The notes under the pieces were generated by a model. That model did not search any database. It saw nothing but the letters and a program-made list of their open reading frames with translations, and was not told where the DNA came from. The position numbers and the translations under genes are program-made. A stretch of 63,969 nucleotides of DNA, the filler included, from Octopus bimaculoides (taxonomy: Eukaryota), in assembly GCF_001194135.2 (NCBI RefSeq). It is 5 parts of 4 records of this genome, joined end to end, with 100 filler letters (N's around TTAATTAATTAA, not from the genome) between each part and the next. Parts side by side here need not be neighbours in the genome. Positions count along the whole stretch, not along the records: positions 15,174 to 35,413 come from NC_068983.1; positions 35,514 to 42,034 come from NC_068990.1; 3 more parts are not named here. One strand, 5' to 3'. Shown one piece after another: positions 26,571-39,750 of the stretch. Within the stretch, counting starts at the first letter, position 1. The number at the start of each line of letters is the position of its first letter.

Positions 26571-29102
26571 ACCCCAGCCAAATCTCAAACCCTCATTGTT
26601 GTTGTTGTGTTCAGCATACGCATATGACCAGAAAAAACACATTAATGAAGTGTTACTTCTCTTTCATTAACAGTTAGATTTTTTTCTAATTTTAGGCTTT
26701 TGGTTATGCAGACTGGTCTGCTCTTATTATAAGGAGAACTTATTCAGTTTTCATATTCAGGTTACCCCTGTTTCCATTTTATTCAGATGAATTCTTAAGT
26801 GAGGTGTCTCTTAGGAGGCATATATTTCTCAGAGTGAAATATCAAAGTAAATTCAGTTTGCATAACTGTGTAGGGGCATATTGATAGTGAGTTTACACAA
26901 CCTTGTTGCTTCAAACATGTATATAGACATACATACATACATACATACATACATGCATATATATATATATATATGATATTAAGGCATGTATGTGTGTCTG
27001 TGTGTGTCTGAATGGAATGTGTGTATGCACATATATATACATACATATGCCAATTTCAGTCTCTTTCATTACCCATTCTGTCATATTTCTTTATAAATCA
27101 TCTATGTTTGTTGAAATTAATAACGCCCCTAAGTTTATTAACTTTTTTTGTAACCCTACTGGCCTCGTCCCGCGATGCCACCTCATTTCCAAGTACGATA
27201 CTTCAGATACGCACTTAATAGCAGTTTAACACGTTTCTGTATCAACCTTGTCTTTCATTCGTTATATTCTTTTTTTCTTGTCCCAATATCAAAAGAATTT
27301 TCTTGTTCCGATTCTATATTTAACAACACTGCGGTGCATAACATTATGAAATCTATTTTATTGATTGCTGACATATATTACTATGAATTTGGCGATAGAT
27401 TTATTGACATTTGTTATTACTATTAATTTCATAGCTCTTGTTCCAAATATCGTTGGTTAAGAATGCTGGGTGTTTTGGTTTCCTGTCACCTCCTACCACC
27501 TTATCCGCTAGAAAGAAATGAGTTCCTTTTATCAATTTTGATTTCTTTACAATATTTATGAAAGGCCAAAGCAAACACAATTATCGAGATTGGCTCAAAA
27601 CAGAAACACAGAAATGCAAGTATGCACATACATGTATGCGAGAGTCACGTTCACATACTTTATAATACAAACATACATGTATGTATATGTATATATATGT
27701 ACATATATCTTATACTTATATGTGCATTAATTATATATATTATATATATTATAAGCGTTGTCTCCAGTATATCTTACTGAACGGTTTGATATAGAAAATA
27801 CCCTCAAAATGTGGATCACCAGCTCACCGTTAATCGGACATGGTAAAAGTAAAAGTATAAGTTAATCGTTTTGTAAAGGGAAACCATAAAAGTATACATG
27901 ATCTGTGCGAGCCAAAGACATGTAAAGATAGGGCATTGACATCATGGATGAAAAGTAGATTTTAAAAAGCTGACAAACCATGTCGGCTCGTAAGCTTATC
28001 AGCTTATCGCTCGTATTTTGTTTAATGTTATGCATATGTGCATTTAGGCGACAATTTCCTACTCCAGTGTAATAGATATGTGATAGTTGGAGTAAAACGG
28101 AGATGGTAACAGTGCGGTAGATACGAGAGGAAAGGGTGGAACCGATGTATGAAAGTGGTGCGGTGGTGTATGTGAATGTACTAGTGTAAGGATTGGAACT
28201 GATGAATTTAGTCGTGGTGAGACGTGAAGAAATGTTGGGGAGAATTCCATACTCACAGTCAGAACGTTTCTAATAAGCTTAAGGCAAAATCCAGCTCTTC
28301 TGATCATGAAGGAAACACTTCGTTTTTAAATTTCTGGTAGGCATCTGGAAGTCTTCAGCATGGTTTTTTTCTCTGCTAAATTAAATCTGCACGTCCTACA
28401 GCTGCTGAAGTAGTCTTCACTTTTCAAGCAGACATTACGTTCTGTAGTATTGTGAAACGCTTTGTTTCAACACCCATGTATGTCTCACCAACAGTGTGAC
28501 GTTACGTTTCTCAAGGATTTTGAAAGATGATATGAGATTTTTGAACCTGTCTGTACAAAACTACTTTTACATCGCTCCACTAGAATCCTTCAAAAGCATC
28601 TGCACTTTTTACACAATATTCTCGTAGTTACATTGCCCATTCAACAAACGTATGACGTTACTACTGCACGAGCCACCCTCCTCTATGACTGGTTGGTTGG
28701 CACTTATCTGTTAAAAAGATTCTACTTTCTAGGTTTTTAGCGAAATGAGACTCACATTATGCTTATTGAAACTTTTCCTCATCCTGTACTTATGTTTCTG
28801 TGAGAAATGTTGTCGGCTAACTTAAGGAAGAAGCTGCCGACACAAATATAAATATACAGAAAAAAGGGAGGATAAATTTAATGATATTACAGTTGACCTT
28901 TCTCTTAGTCTGCATGGGATCGGTCATATAAATAGAATTATATTTTGAACCGCTGAATTCTATAAATATGTTAAAGCACAGGCAAACACATTTGATTTTT
29001 AAAAAATATATCAGAGATACTTCTACTAACACGGTACACTAGCTTTTTTCAAATCAAAAACATAGTGGAAGAGAGCTATGGCATATATGCCAGTCTCTCT
29101 AG

Positions 29103-29164
29103 ATGTTCTTAAGGGTTTGTTGGATTATGCGAGAAGGTTAGAGGCACATACAGGAAATTTGCAG
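29103..29164 (+). CDS. Candidate exon DVLKGLLDYARRLEAHTGNLQ
   Basis: TCTCTCTAG acceptor, CAG|GTTTGG donor, phase 1 to 0; the frame otherwise runs to TAG at 29230. Confidence 0.25.
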
Positions 29165-29239
29165 GTTTGGAGTTCGTCTCTACCAAGACCTCCAACAAAA
29201 GATAATTACGAGCATGAAGTCGACTCTTAGTCATACTGT

Positions 29240-29349
29240 AGAGTGTGGTGGTGGTGATGGTGATGATCATGACGATGATGATGATGATGGTCATCATCGT
29301 CATCAACACCATTGTAATCATCGCCATCATCATCGATGTCATCATCGTT

Positions 29350-29402
<53 letters not shown>

Positions 29403-29440
29403 TATATTTATCATCATTGTCGTCGTCGTCATCATCTTCG
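29240..29440. repeat. (GAT)n/(CAT)n microsatellite
   Basis: Direct trinucleotide runs. Confidence 0.9.
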
Positions 29441-29593
29441 GCAACGACAAACAGTGACAACGGTTGTGACGACGACAGTGGTGACAATAATGCTAGTGAA
29501 TTTTCTTTGTATATGAATAGGAGCTGATAGTGATATCATATAAGCATGCGAATGGATTTTCTTATTTCAGTCTCTAATATCTTTTATCTTTAG

Positions 29594-29631
29594 CTTGCTC
29601 TGCACTGGCCTGAACTAATTGCCCACGTTCA
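29594..29631 (+). CDS. Candidate 38-nt exon LALHWPELIAHV
   Basis: CTTTTATCTTTAG acceptor and CA|GTAAGA donor; only frame 0 is open, in phase with the 29103 candidate. Confidence 0.3.
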
Positions 29632-30661
29632 GTAAGATCTTAGTGAACAGTGTTTATGGGACGTTTGAATAGATAAACTATTTTGTGAATAAGCTGATAA
29701 TATTTCACTGAAATCCAACATAAATGCCATAGTTACTGAGCATTCCAATGACTCAGGTATAAAGAAACTGATGAGCAAGTAGTCAAATAAAGAGCTGATA
29801 TTATGTGATTGACTGATCTACTAAAAGCACCAGCAACATTGCACTGGAATCTGAGATATTACAATCGAATTAGATATTGGATAATGTCGCATTCATGGAT
29901 AAGCTAATTGAAGAAAAATGAGATGACCACAGCCTGAATGTCTGTCTGCTTTTTATTAATCAATCGATGTTAATGATCTGCGTTGTTCTTAAAGTATCGA
30001 AAACAGAATAAAATACATTAAGTTTAATACACTGTCAAATAGAAGCATCAATGGAAGAGATTCTCCTCAACATGTATATNNNNNNNNNNNNNNNNNNNNN
30101 NNNNNNNNNNNNNNNNNNNNNNNNNNNNNNNNNNNNNNNNNNNNNNNNNNNNNNNNNNNNNNNNNNNNNNNNNNNNNNNNNNNNNNNNNNNNNNNNNNNN
30201 NNNNNNNNNNNNNNNNNNNNNNNNNNNNNNNNNNNNNNNNNNNNNNNNNNNNNNNNNNNNNNNNNNNNNNNNNNNNNNNNNNNNNNNNNNNNNNNNNNNN
30301 NNNNNNNNNNNNNNNNNNNNNNNNNNNNNNNNNNNNNNNNNNNNNNNNNNNNNNNNNNNNNNNNNNNNNNNNNNNNNNNNNNNNNNNNNNNNNNNNNNNN
30401 NNNNNNNNNNNNNNNNNNNNNNNNNNNNNNNNNNNNNNNNNNNNNNNNNNNNNNNNNNNNNNNNNNNNNNNNNNNNNNNNNNNNNNNNNNNNNNNNNNNN
30501 NNNNNNNNNNNNNNNNNNNNNNNNNNNNNNNNNNNNNNNTATATATATATATATATATATATGAATTTGTTTTGCAATATGTTTCCTTGGCAAATGAACA
30601 CACGCACAATATATTCAATTTTCATTCGTTTATTATTGTTCATATTTTGTCTTATGTCCAG

Positions 30662-30852
30662 TGTGTAGAAATCTTTTATCACACATCAGTGATTCGTGGG
30701 ATAGAGGCATCAATGAAGAGGTCACAGATGTGAAACCTGAAAGCGACATGAAACAATTATGCTATCAACTGAAAATTTTTCCAAAAAGAAACACAATGCC
30801 AATGGCAGCAGAAAGTGCGTATTCTGCAATTGAGAATGGTGGCTCAACATGA
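30662..30852 (+). CDS. Candidate terminal exon CRNLLSHISDSWDRGINEEVTDVKPESD...GGST*
   Basis: TTTTGTCTTATGTCCAG acceptor, 63-codon open frame of protein-like composition; no homology recognised. Confidence 0.25.
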
Positions 30853-31869
30853 AGACCTCACAGGACACCAGCACGTAAATAAATGCCAAAGCGAAGCCTT
30901 CGCTACGTGCCCACACGCCACCAAGTATAATCTGAAATTATTTTCCTCTTTCTCAATAGAGCAGCAAGAGATGGTATATCACCATTTCCTTTTAGAAACT
31001 GTATTTGGACTTCCTTTTTCTCGTACGATTATATCGCGATTTATTTTTCTGCTCTATTTAGATTTTTTTTAATGTTGTGTGCACTCATGCCGAATATGAA
31101 TGTGAATGTGCGATTGTATGTTGGTGTGTATAGATGTACGTGTGTGTATATGTGAGTCTCTGTACCGATATGTATATCTAACACCCCACACGCTAAGGCT
31201 CTTATATTCAATGTACTATATCAGATCTTCCAAATACAGGCTTAAAGTGCATTCTTTTAAATATATAACCAGTTCACCAACTACAATTGTAGAAGATGTG
31301 AAATTTTAAGAAAAGTACATTTGAATTTATAGTGAAATGGGATGGTCAGACGTAGGACAACTACTTCAAATCTACGCTATTTTTCTAGTTAATTATTTTA
31401 TGGCCCTGACCTGCGATGTGGGACACACACGTTCATAAAAAATTAAAATATACCAAAAACAAAAACGAAATCAAGGAGTTCAAGCACAAAAGACACCAAT
31501 CTAAACTGTTAAGGACGCATGGACTAGCAGCATTCATTTAATTTTAGAACACACACATACGCTGGATGTGGGCTTCCTTTCTATGAAGCTATTATTTATT
31601 CGTATGATTATATTGTGATATATTTTCTTTTTATATCTTCTTTTTGTATAAGTTGAGTGTACTCATGGCTGATATGTATGTGTATGCACGCGAATGTGTG
31701 TGTGGGTGTATGTATGTGTGTGCGTCTGCGTAAATATGTACCTGTGCACGGTTGGTTGTGTATGCGTGTACCTATATGTCTACCTAACATCTCACACTTT
31801 ATGGCTTTTATGTTTAATGTCGTGTTTCAGATCTTCCAAATACTACCTTAAAGTGATTGGCTTCGATTT

Positions 31870-32360
31870 TGATTTTTAATTTTTGTAGCATAAGAAAATT
31901 ATTCGTTTCTTTAAAATATAAAAAAAAGATAATCATGAATTATTAATTTTTAATTTCAAATTTAAAAAGTTAGTTTTTATTATATATCTTATATTTTAAA
32001 AATTTGTATATACTTTTAATTTTACGTTTTAGTTTTTAAATGTTTTTTAACCTATTATTTTTTATTGTATTTTTAAAAACATTTAATAATTATTAATTTT
32101 CAAATTAATCTTGTATTCTTTAATTTATAATTTTTAAACATTTTTTCCAGTTTTGACAAAATTTGAAATTATATTATTATTTTTATTTTCCAGTTTTATT
32201 TTTAATTCTATTTATATGGTTTTAATTTTAGTTTTATTTTGTTATCAATTTTTAATTTGAGTTTTTCAATAACCTCTTATTTTCAATTGTAGCTTTTCGA
32301 TTTCTAAGTGTGAATTGCAGTGTAAACTCTCATTAGTATTAGATTTTTAATAAAACTTTT
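31870..32360. repeat. Extremely AT-rich low-complexity tract
   Basis: Almost only A/T, with T-runs on the + strand. Confidence 0.8.
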
Positions 32361-33734
32361 TGCACCTTCATATCCCAACATTTTCTTCTGTTATGCCTAA
32401 GCTGGGCTATCCATCCTTTATTTTCATTTCTTTCATTCTTTACTCTTATAGTACACCCCACACACACACACANNNNNNNNNNNNNNNNNNNNNNNNNNNN
32501 NNNNNNNNNNNNNNNNNNNNNNNNNNNNNNNNNNNNNNNNNNNNNNNNNNNNNNNNNNNNNNNNNNNNNNNNNNNNNNNNNNNNNNNNNNNNNNNNNNNN
32601 NNAAAATATATATCATTGTGTTACTTTTTTTCAGCCAACGTGTAATAGAGCTTTTATCAAGTTCTAACAACCAAGCTGTAAACAGTTCTTTCCCTTGATC
32701 GATCTAATTCTCAGAAAGAATTTTTTTCCAGTATGATTTGTGCATGTGCGTCTTTGAGTTTGTGTATACATACATACGTACGTACATACATACATACATA
32801 CATATACATATGTATGTATGATACATATTTACCACGGGGGTGGTGCTATGTTTTAAAGTGGTGAATGTGTTGTATACGTACAAAATACACAAGAACCATT
32901 GATGCTGATATTTGCACGTTTCTTATAGCCTCATGATATGCAGGCCCTTAACATTTAAGAAAGGATTAGGACATATTCCCTTATTTATTTTTAAAGTAAT
33001 CATAAACCATAACTAATATTTTTTGCAGTGTATTGAGCCAGATATTTGTACCTGTACATATCGTGCGTCGAAATCCTTGTACTTTGTAAAAATATTGTTT
33101 GTAAATAATATTTCAAGAAAAATTATAGATTATTTGACGAAAGACTCTATAGGCGAAGATTCATCTCTTAGCGATGGACAGGATAACATTTTCTTCCGAA
33201 GTTGCCTCTTGTTTAAGGAAGATCTTACAAAAGTCAATGAATTATTCAGTAATATTTGAGAATCGTTGCAATGCTTAATGGAAATGACTGAAAGGTAATT
33301 TCCATTTTTGAACATTTTGACAATTTTGAAATGGCATACAAAAACAAAGTTACAGACCAAAACTTAGAATTATAGATTTGCCATCAATCCCATTGTAAAA
33401 GAAATATTATATTGAATATGGCAAGATGTGTATTTGGAATTTTCATTGAATCAACTGAGCGAAATAATCATCTGAAAGAGCTTTGGTGATGAAAACTCTT
33501 AAGACATAATGCTTTAACTATGGTACAAAAAATATCAATCTTCCAACTTACAGAAACACACTCATAATGACAGTGGAACATACAAATGGAAGTATTATAT
33601 GTAATTCAACAATCCCAGAAAACACGGCAACTTACATTCAACCAAACAACACCGTCGAATCCTGTATTGGTATCTAATTTAATTGAAACAATTAGACTCA
33701 CAAAATGTTGGTTTCAAAATTTCGGACAATGCTA

Positions 33735-33905
33735 ACAATTTCAGATGTGAGGGAAAGTTTATTACGTCGACCCTAGTGTTCAACTTATTTTATCAACCCC
33801 GAAAGGATGAAAGCGAAAGGTAATCTCAGTAGAATTTGAACCCACAATGAACAGACAAACAACACAGCCGCAAAGCATTTTACCGGCGTGTTAACGATAC
33901 TGGCA
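33735..33905 (-). mobile_element. SINE family A (diverged)
   Basis: TTTTATCAACCCCGAAAGGATGAAAG..AGAATTTGAAC..AAGCATTTTACCGGCGTGTTAACGAT. Confidence 0.8.
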
Positions 33906-34526
33906 TGTAAGGAAATATATGTAATTTTAAGCGAAGAAATTATTTATAAGTCTATTGATTATATCGAGAATTGAAAAATCCAAACTTTCAAAATCGATAA
34001 CGAATTTCTTGATAAATGGCAAACAAATAGCTTATTTAATGTTTTACATGCAATGAGAAATAAATAGGCCAAACGGAAACGGAATCAATGGAGCAAGTCA
34101 GGGTCGGTAAAGAACGTATCATGTATAACCCATGAGAGGATACACACCTTAAGTGGAATTGGGAAAATGGAAAGTATTCAAGCTTTCTACATTAAATGTA
34201 AAACAATTATCATTTATAACTGGCGAACGCAAATAATGTTATATGGATTTCCACTTTCAATACAAAACTGAATTGGAAATATGAATAAATGTGGTTAGAC
34301 ACGTAAAGATGTTTTACCTTAGACAGTCTGTGCTTTCCAAGCTGATACTAAGAAAATAGTCTGCACAAAAACTTGTGTCTACAATTCTCTGTTCATCTGC
34401 TCTTTTAAAGATAATTTTATGTAACGAATAATTTTTAATTTAAAAAGGCAGTTTTTTTCAAATATGATGAAATTATCATGAAAGTTTTGTTCTTAAATTT
34501 TAATGCATATGTATATGTGCGTATGC

Positions 34527-34566
<40 letters not shown>

Positions 34567-35201
34567 GTAGACATATACACAGAGAAACACACATCCGTAG
34601 GCGTGTATGAAACTGCTAAAAAATATCATTAACTTTATTTAAATCATATACTATTATATGTCAGTTATTTTAGTTTGGCACGTAACTGTATACATTGATA
34701 ACGCTTTTTCACGTCCCTGACACTTCGTCAGGTTATCTATTAGACACCAGCTCCAAGTCGTTATTTATTTTCATATTTATTTCAATATCTTTTTCTAATA
34801 ACACATTTGTTATTAATTTCTTATATTTCTATATGGTATGTTCTTATTAATTTCTGTATGGTATGCACATATACATGGACGCAAACACAGACACACATGC
34901 CCACATACACACAGAAACAGAAAGAATATATATGTGTGTGTGTGAGTGTATTTGTGTCTGTGTTTGACCCTCCACCAATAGTCTTAGGACAGCAACAGTA
35001 TAATGAGGTGAGAGTATGAGGCTGTTGAGGAGAAGGACACACTGCTGCTAAAACCTACGACGTACGCACAACATACACACACATATACACACACACGCAT
35101 ACACACAAACAAGGACAGAAACTCATGCGTGCATAAGGATACATACCTTAGAAGAACAGAATGGAGTAAGTGGAGCAAGAACTCACGAGAAAAACGAAAA
35201 G

Positions 35202-35245
35202 TATCGCTGAAGAGGTCAAAAACGTGTGACGAAACATTTCCGGAC
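35202..35245 (+). ncRNA. Degenerate hammerhead-like motif
   Basis: CUGAAGA-G-GUCA[AAAACGUG]UGAC-GAAAC-AUUUC-CGGAC; core and stem II intact, stems I and III imperfect. Confidence 0.35.
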
Positions 35246-35413
35246 AATGGACATAAGTTAGAATAATAAAATAAGAACAGTAATAAACAAGTGAAGAAAA
35301 GACATATAGAGCGTGCGTGTATTTGGCCAAAAAGTGACCATCCAGAAATACACCAATATAGGTTTCAACACAGGATTTCGCATCTGGAATTTTGGAATAC
35401 AGATTGAAAAATG

Positions 35414-35513
35414 NNNNNNNNNNNNNNNNNNNNNNNNNNNNNNNNNNNNNNNNNNNNTTAATTAATTAANNNNNNNNNNNNNNNNNNNNNNNNNNNNNNN
35501 NNNNNNNNNNNNN
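35414..35513. other. Artificial scaffold linker N44-TTAATTAATTAA-N44
   Basis: Same 100-nt layout as 15074-15173. Confidence 0.9.
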
Positions 35514-35821
35514 AAAAAAAAAAAAAAAAAGCGTTAATCCATAAGCAGTTTGGTGCATTTTATAAGTTTCTCTGGCGTTTTAGCCCAACTTAACACAAAA
35601 ACTTGATCACATAGTGAGCTTCCAAATTGTCTTTACGTAAACTAGTCAGCAGCAACAGGTAGTGTTTGGTATTTTCAAAGTGCTGTTACAGACGTCTCCT
35701 ACAATCTGGAATACCAAAAGTTGGGTGGGGCGCTTAATTAGATGTACAGTAATGTTATACTAAAATTACAATAACCTACCTCTCCTAAAAAAAAGTCTCT
35801 AAACTTTTGAAATGCTCCTCG
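35514..35821 (-). mobile_element. Mariner 5' end, cut by scaffold join
   Basis: TA|CGAGGAGCATTTCAAAAGTTT TIR-like start; IKF.VKLG*NARETYKMHQTAYG N-terminal remnant. Confidence 0.75.
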
Positions 35822-36751
35822 TATATACATACATGCATACATACATATATACATATACATACATACATACATACATACATACATACATACATACATACAT
35901 NNNNNNNNNNNNNNNNNNNNNNNNNNNNNNNNNNNNNNNNNNNNNNNNNNNNNNNNNNNNNNNNNNNNNNNNNNNNNNNNNNNNNNNNNNNNNNNNNNNN
36001 NNNNNNNNNNNNNNNNNNNNNNNNNNNNNNNNNNNNNNNNNNNNNNNNNNNNNNNNNNNNNNNNNNNNNNNNNNNNNNNNNNNNNNNNNNNNNNNNNNNN
36101 NNNNNNNNNNNNNNNNNNNNNNNNNNNNNNNNNNNNNNNNNNNNNNNNNNNNNNNNNNNNNNNNNNNNNNNNNNNNNNNNNNNNNNNNNNNNNNNNNNNN
36201 NNNNNNNNNNNNNNNNNNNNNNNNNNNNNNNNNNNNNNNNNNNNNNNNNNNNNNNNNNNNNNNNNNNNNNNNNNNNNNNNNNNNNNNNNNNNNNNNNNNN
36301 NNNNNNNNNNNNNNNNNNNNNNNNNNNNNNNNNNNNNNNNNNNNNNNNNNNNNNNNNNNNNNNNNNNNNNNNNNNNNNNNNNNNNNNNNNNNNNNNNNNN
36401 NNNNNNNNNNNNNNNNNNNNNNNNNNNNNNNNNNNNNNNNNNNNNNNNNNNNNNNNNNNNNNNNNNNNNNNNNNNNNNNNNNNNNNNNNNNNNNNNNNNN
36501 NNNNNNNNNNNNNNNNNNNNNNNNNNNNNNNNNNNNNNNNNNNNNNNNNNNNNNNNNNNNNNNNNNNNNNNNNNNNNNNNNNNNNNNNNNNNNNNNNNNN
36601 NNNNNNNNNNNNNNNNNNNNNNNNNNNNNNNNNNNNNNNNNNNNNNNNNNNNNNNNNNNNNNNNNNNNNNNNNNNNNNNNNNNNNNNNNNNTATATATAT
36701 ATATATATATATACACATATATATATATGTATGTATATATGTATATATTTA

Positions 36752-36788
<37 letters not shown>

Positions 36789-36790
36789 AA

Positions 36791-36824
<34 letters not shown>

Positions 36825-37302
36825 GCGCGCGCGCGCACGCACATAAGCGGACACACATCTATACAAAAAAACCCTAACCTTCACAGTAATATATAATGGC
36901 AGAATAACGTTTTGTTTCGTTAAAAAACAAACTACATAATAACAATAAAAACAAAGAAAATTCTCAAGTTTCCAGTTTCCCTATTGATAAACCGGCAATC
37001 GCTAATCCGGAACAACTTATAATGATGTCAATCGAATTCATTATCCGACCTCCCCCATATTTTGTCATTATACATGAGTGCGTATCTATGTATGTATGCA
37101 TGTATGTTGAGTGTTTCTGTGTGTATGTTTGTCAGTATCCCCCCTGTAGCCACCCGCCCCACGCGAACCCAGCTAATAGACCGTTGAACAAACTTATTAG
37201 CAACATCCGCTGTTGACACATTGCAACGCTGAAAAGCAGTTTGCTGACAACGAATGGACGCCGTTGGTTGTTAGCCAAACCAGCGTTAAATGACTGCCTG
37301 CC

Positions 37303-37306
<4 letters not shown>

Positions 37307-37372
<66 letters not shown>
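37307..37372. repeat. (CT)n microsatellite
   Basis: Direct run. Confidence 0.95.
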
Positions 37373-37376
<4 letters not shown>

Positions 37377-37577
37377 CTCTCTCTTTCTTTGTCTCTCACG
37401 CTCTCTCTTTCGCTCTTTCACACCCTCTCTCCTCTTTCTCTCTCTATTTCTGTGTCTCTGTGTATAAGGATGAAAAAACTAGAAAAGAGAGCGAAGGTGG
37501 GGGTAGTTCCATCAACGCAAACGATCTTTCCTGGGGTCTCATTGTATAAGAGAAAAACGTCTCTACAATAGCTTTCA

Positions 37578-37795
37578 TCATACATACATACATACATACA
37601 TACATACAAACATACATACATAATACAAACATACATACATACATACATACAAACATACATACATACAAACATACATACATACATACATACATACAAACAT
37701 ACATACACACATACAAACATACATACATGCAAACATACATACATACATACATACATACATACATACATACGTATGTACGTACGTACATACGTACA
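37578..37795. repeat. (TACA)n/(AACA) microsatellite
   Basis: Direct imperfect tetranucleotide run. Confidence 0.9.
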
Positions 37796-38873
37796 TGAAG
37801 TCCCCTTGATGACTCCTTGAGCTTAGAGAAAAGGAAGAAAATTACACGGAGCCAGGTCGGGTGAGTAAGGAAGTTGCTCCAGCAGGGCAATGTTTTTCTC
37901 TGCAAGGAGCTGTTTGATGGTGGTGGTGGTGGTGGGGGGGCACTGTGAGCAGGCGCATTGCCGTAGTGAAGAATCTACGAGTTGTCCTGTCACAACTCTC
38001 GCCTCTTCTCGCGCATTGAACGAAGCAAACGCCACAGGATCTCTTTGGAGACATGTTGGTTGACCATCTGGCCTTGTGGTAAGACATCTATGTGGACGAT
38101 GCCCTTCACATAAGTTTGACTTTGAACTTTGACTATCTTGCTTTCTCCGGCCTCGGCAATTCCGGTCTCGTCCACTGAAAGCTCTGGTACTTGGTCTCCG
38201 GGTGACACTCAAAGAACCATGAAGCATCACCAGTAATGACTCTCCCCAGCAAGTATGGTTCGCTTTCAAGATGCTCCAGAATGTCCTGTCAAAGCTTCAT
38301 CTGCCGCTTCTTCTGGTCATCGTTTAGTAGCTTCGGAACCATCTTCGTGCAGATCTTCTGCATGTCCAAATCTTCATTGATAATCTTCCTGACGCTATCG
38401 CGATTCATTGTCCAGCTCATTTGCGATTAGTTAAAAACTCGGCCAGCATTCACCACGCACCACCAGCCTCACGCGCTCAACGTTCGCTTTAGTCTTCCTC
38501 GTTGGAAGTCGTCCGTTCCTGGGGTCGTCTTTCACAGCTTCGCGTACCTCTTTAAACTTGTGCCTCTCGAAAATTCGTGAGCGCGACATCACCTCATCTC
38601 TGTACATTTGCTGCAGTAGTCCGAGAGCTTGTGACGGAATTTTTTCCAACCGGATCAGGTTGGTAGGTTGCTCTGTGCCCATCGGTTGATTGCCTAAAAT
38701 CAAGGAGCTGTTAACAAAACCACTCGATAAAGCACAAAACGGCTGCAAAGAGCTGACAGTGCAATTATATACTCCCCGGATATTACGTCACACTGTGACG
38801 CAACCCGCCAATCCCCACCCCACTTATAGCGTGCACAGTATACTAAGTCCTATTACATTTCTGACACACTTCG
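37796..38873 (-). mobile_element. Mariner (DD34D) element, decayed, 3' end lost
   Basis: TA|CGAAGTGTGTCAGAAATG left end; MSRSRIFERHK..KDDPRNGRLPT, KMVPKLL, VITGDASW, KGIVHIDVLPQGQMVN and PYSPDLAPCNF; a (CCA)n expansion lies inside the ORF. Confidence 0.9.
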
Positions 38874-39699
38874 TATGAACAGCTGCTTCTATATTTGGGT
38901 CACAAATTTATATTCATCCTAATAACTGGTGCACTTGGTCTTGTGAGTAAATGCTTAACTGTCAGTCTGGATTAGCTTAGATTTCCAGGAAAAGGAATCA
39001 ACCAATTGACTCGCACATTGCAAATACAATCTGTAAGCGGAACAGTAAAACTATGCAAGACATTTCTCAGGCTTAAAATGTGACATTGTTTTTGTTATCT
39101 ACATTCCAATGATGGAAATTTGTGTCTTTCTTAGAAGCCAGCTCCTTACTCAGCCAACTCCTTACTCAGCCAACTCCTTACATAAAAACCGATGTTAAAA
39201 ACACGAAAAATGTAAAATAATTTTAAAAACGACTGATATTCATAAACTTATCACTGAGAAAATATCGATTATCGATTAAGATTATTAAAATTTGAAATTT
39301 ATGCCAGCATGAATTGAATTGACGGTCTCTGGATATTTGTTTCACAGAAAAATAAAGTAAGAAAATAGAAAAAAGAACAAAAACAGCAAAAAACTGAAAC
39401 AGTCTGAATTTTAACAATTTAAATAAAAGGGGNNNNNNNNNNNNNNNNNNNNNNNNNNNNNNNNNNNNNNNNNNNNNNNNNNNNNNNNNNNNNNNNNNNN
39501 NNNNNNNNNNNNNNNNNNNNNNNNNNNNNNNNNNNNNNNNNNNNNNNNNNNNNNNNNNNNNNNNNNNNNNNNNNNNNNNNNNNNNNNNNNNNNNNNNNNN
39601 NNNNNNNNNNNNNNNNNNNNNNNNNNNNNNNNNNNNNNNNNNNNNNNNNNGAGAGAGAGAGAGAGAGATCACTTTCTTTTAGGGAACACACACACAGCG

Positions 39700-39750
<51 letters not shown>

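Noticed and set aside
31870-32360. Mitochondrial control-region insertion (NUMT)
   Set aside because: No adjacent mitochondrial tRNA, rRNA or gene sequence recognisable
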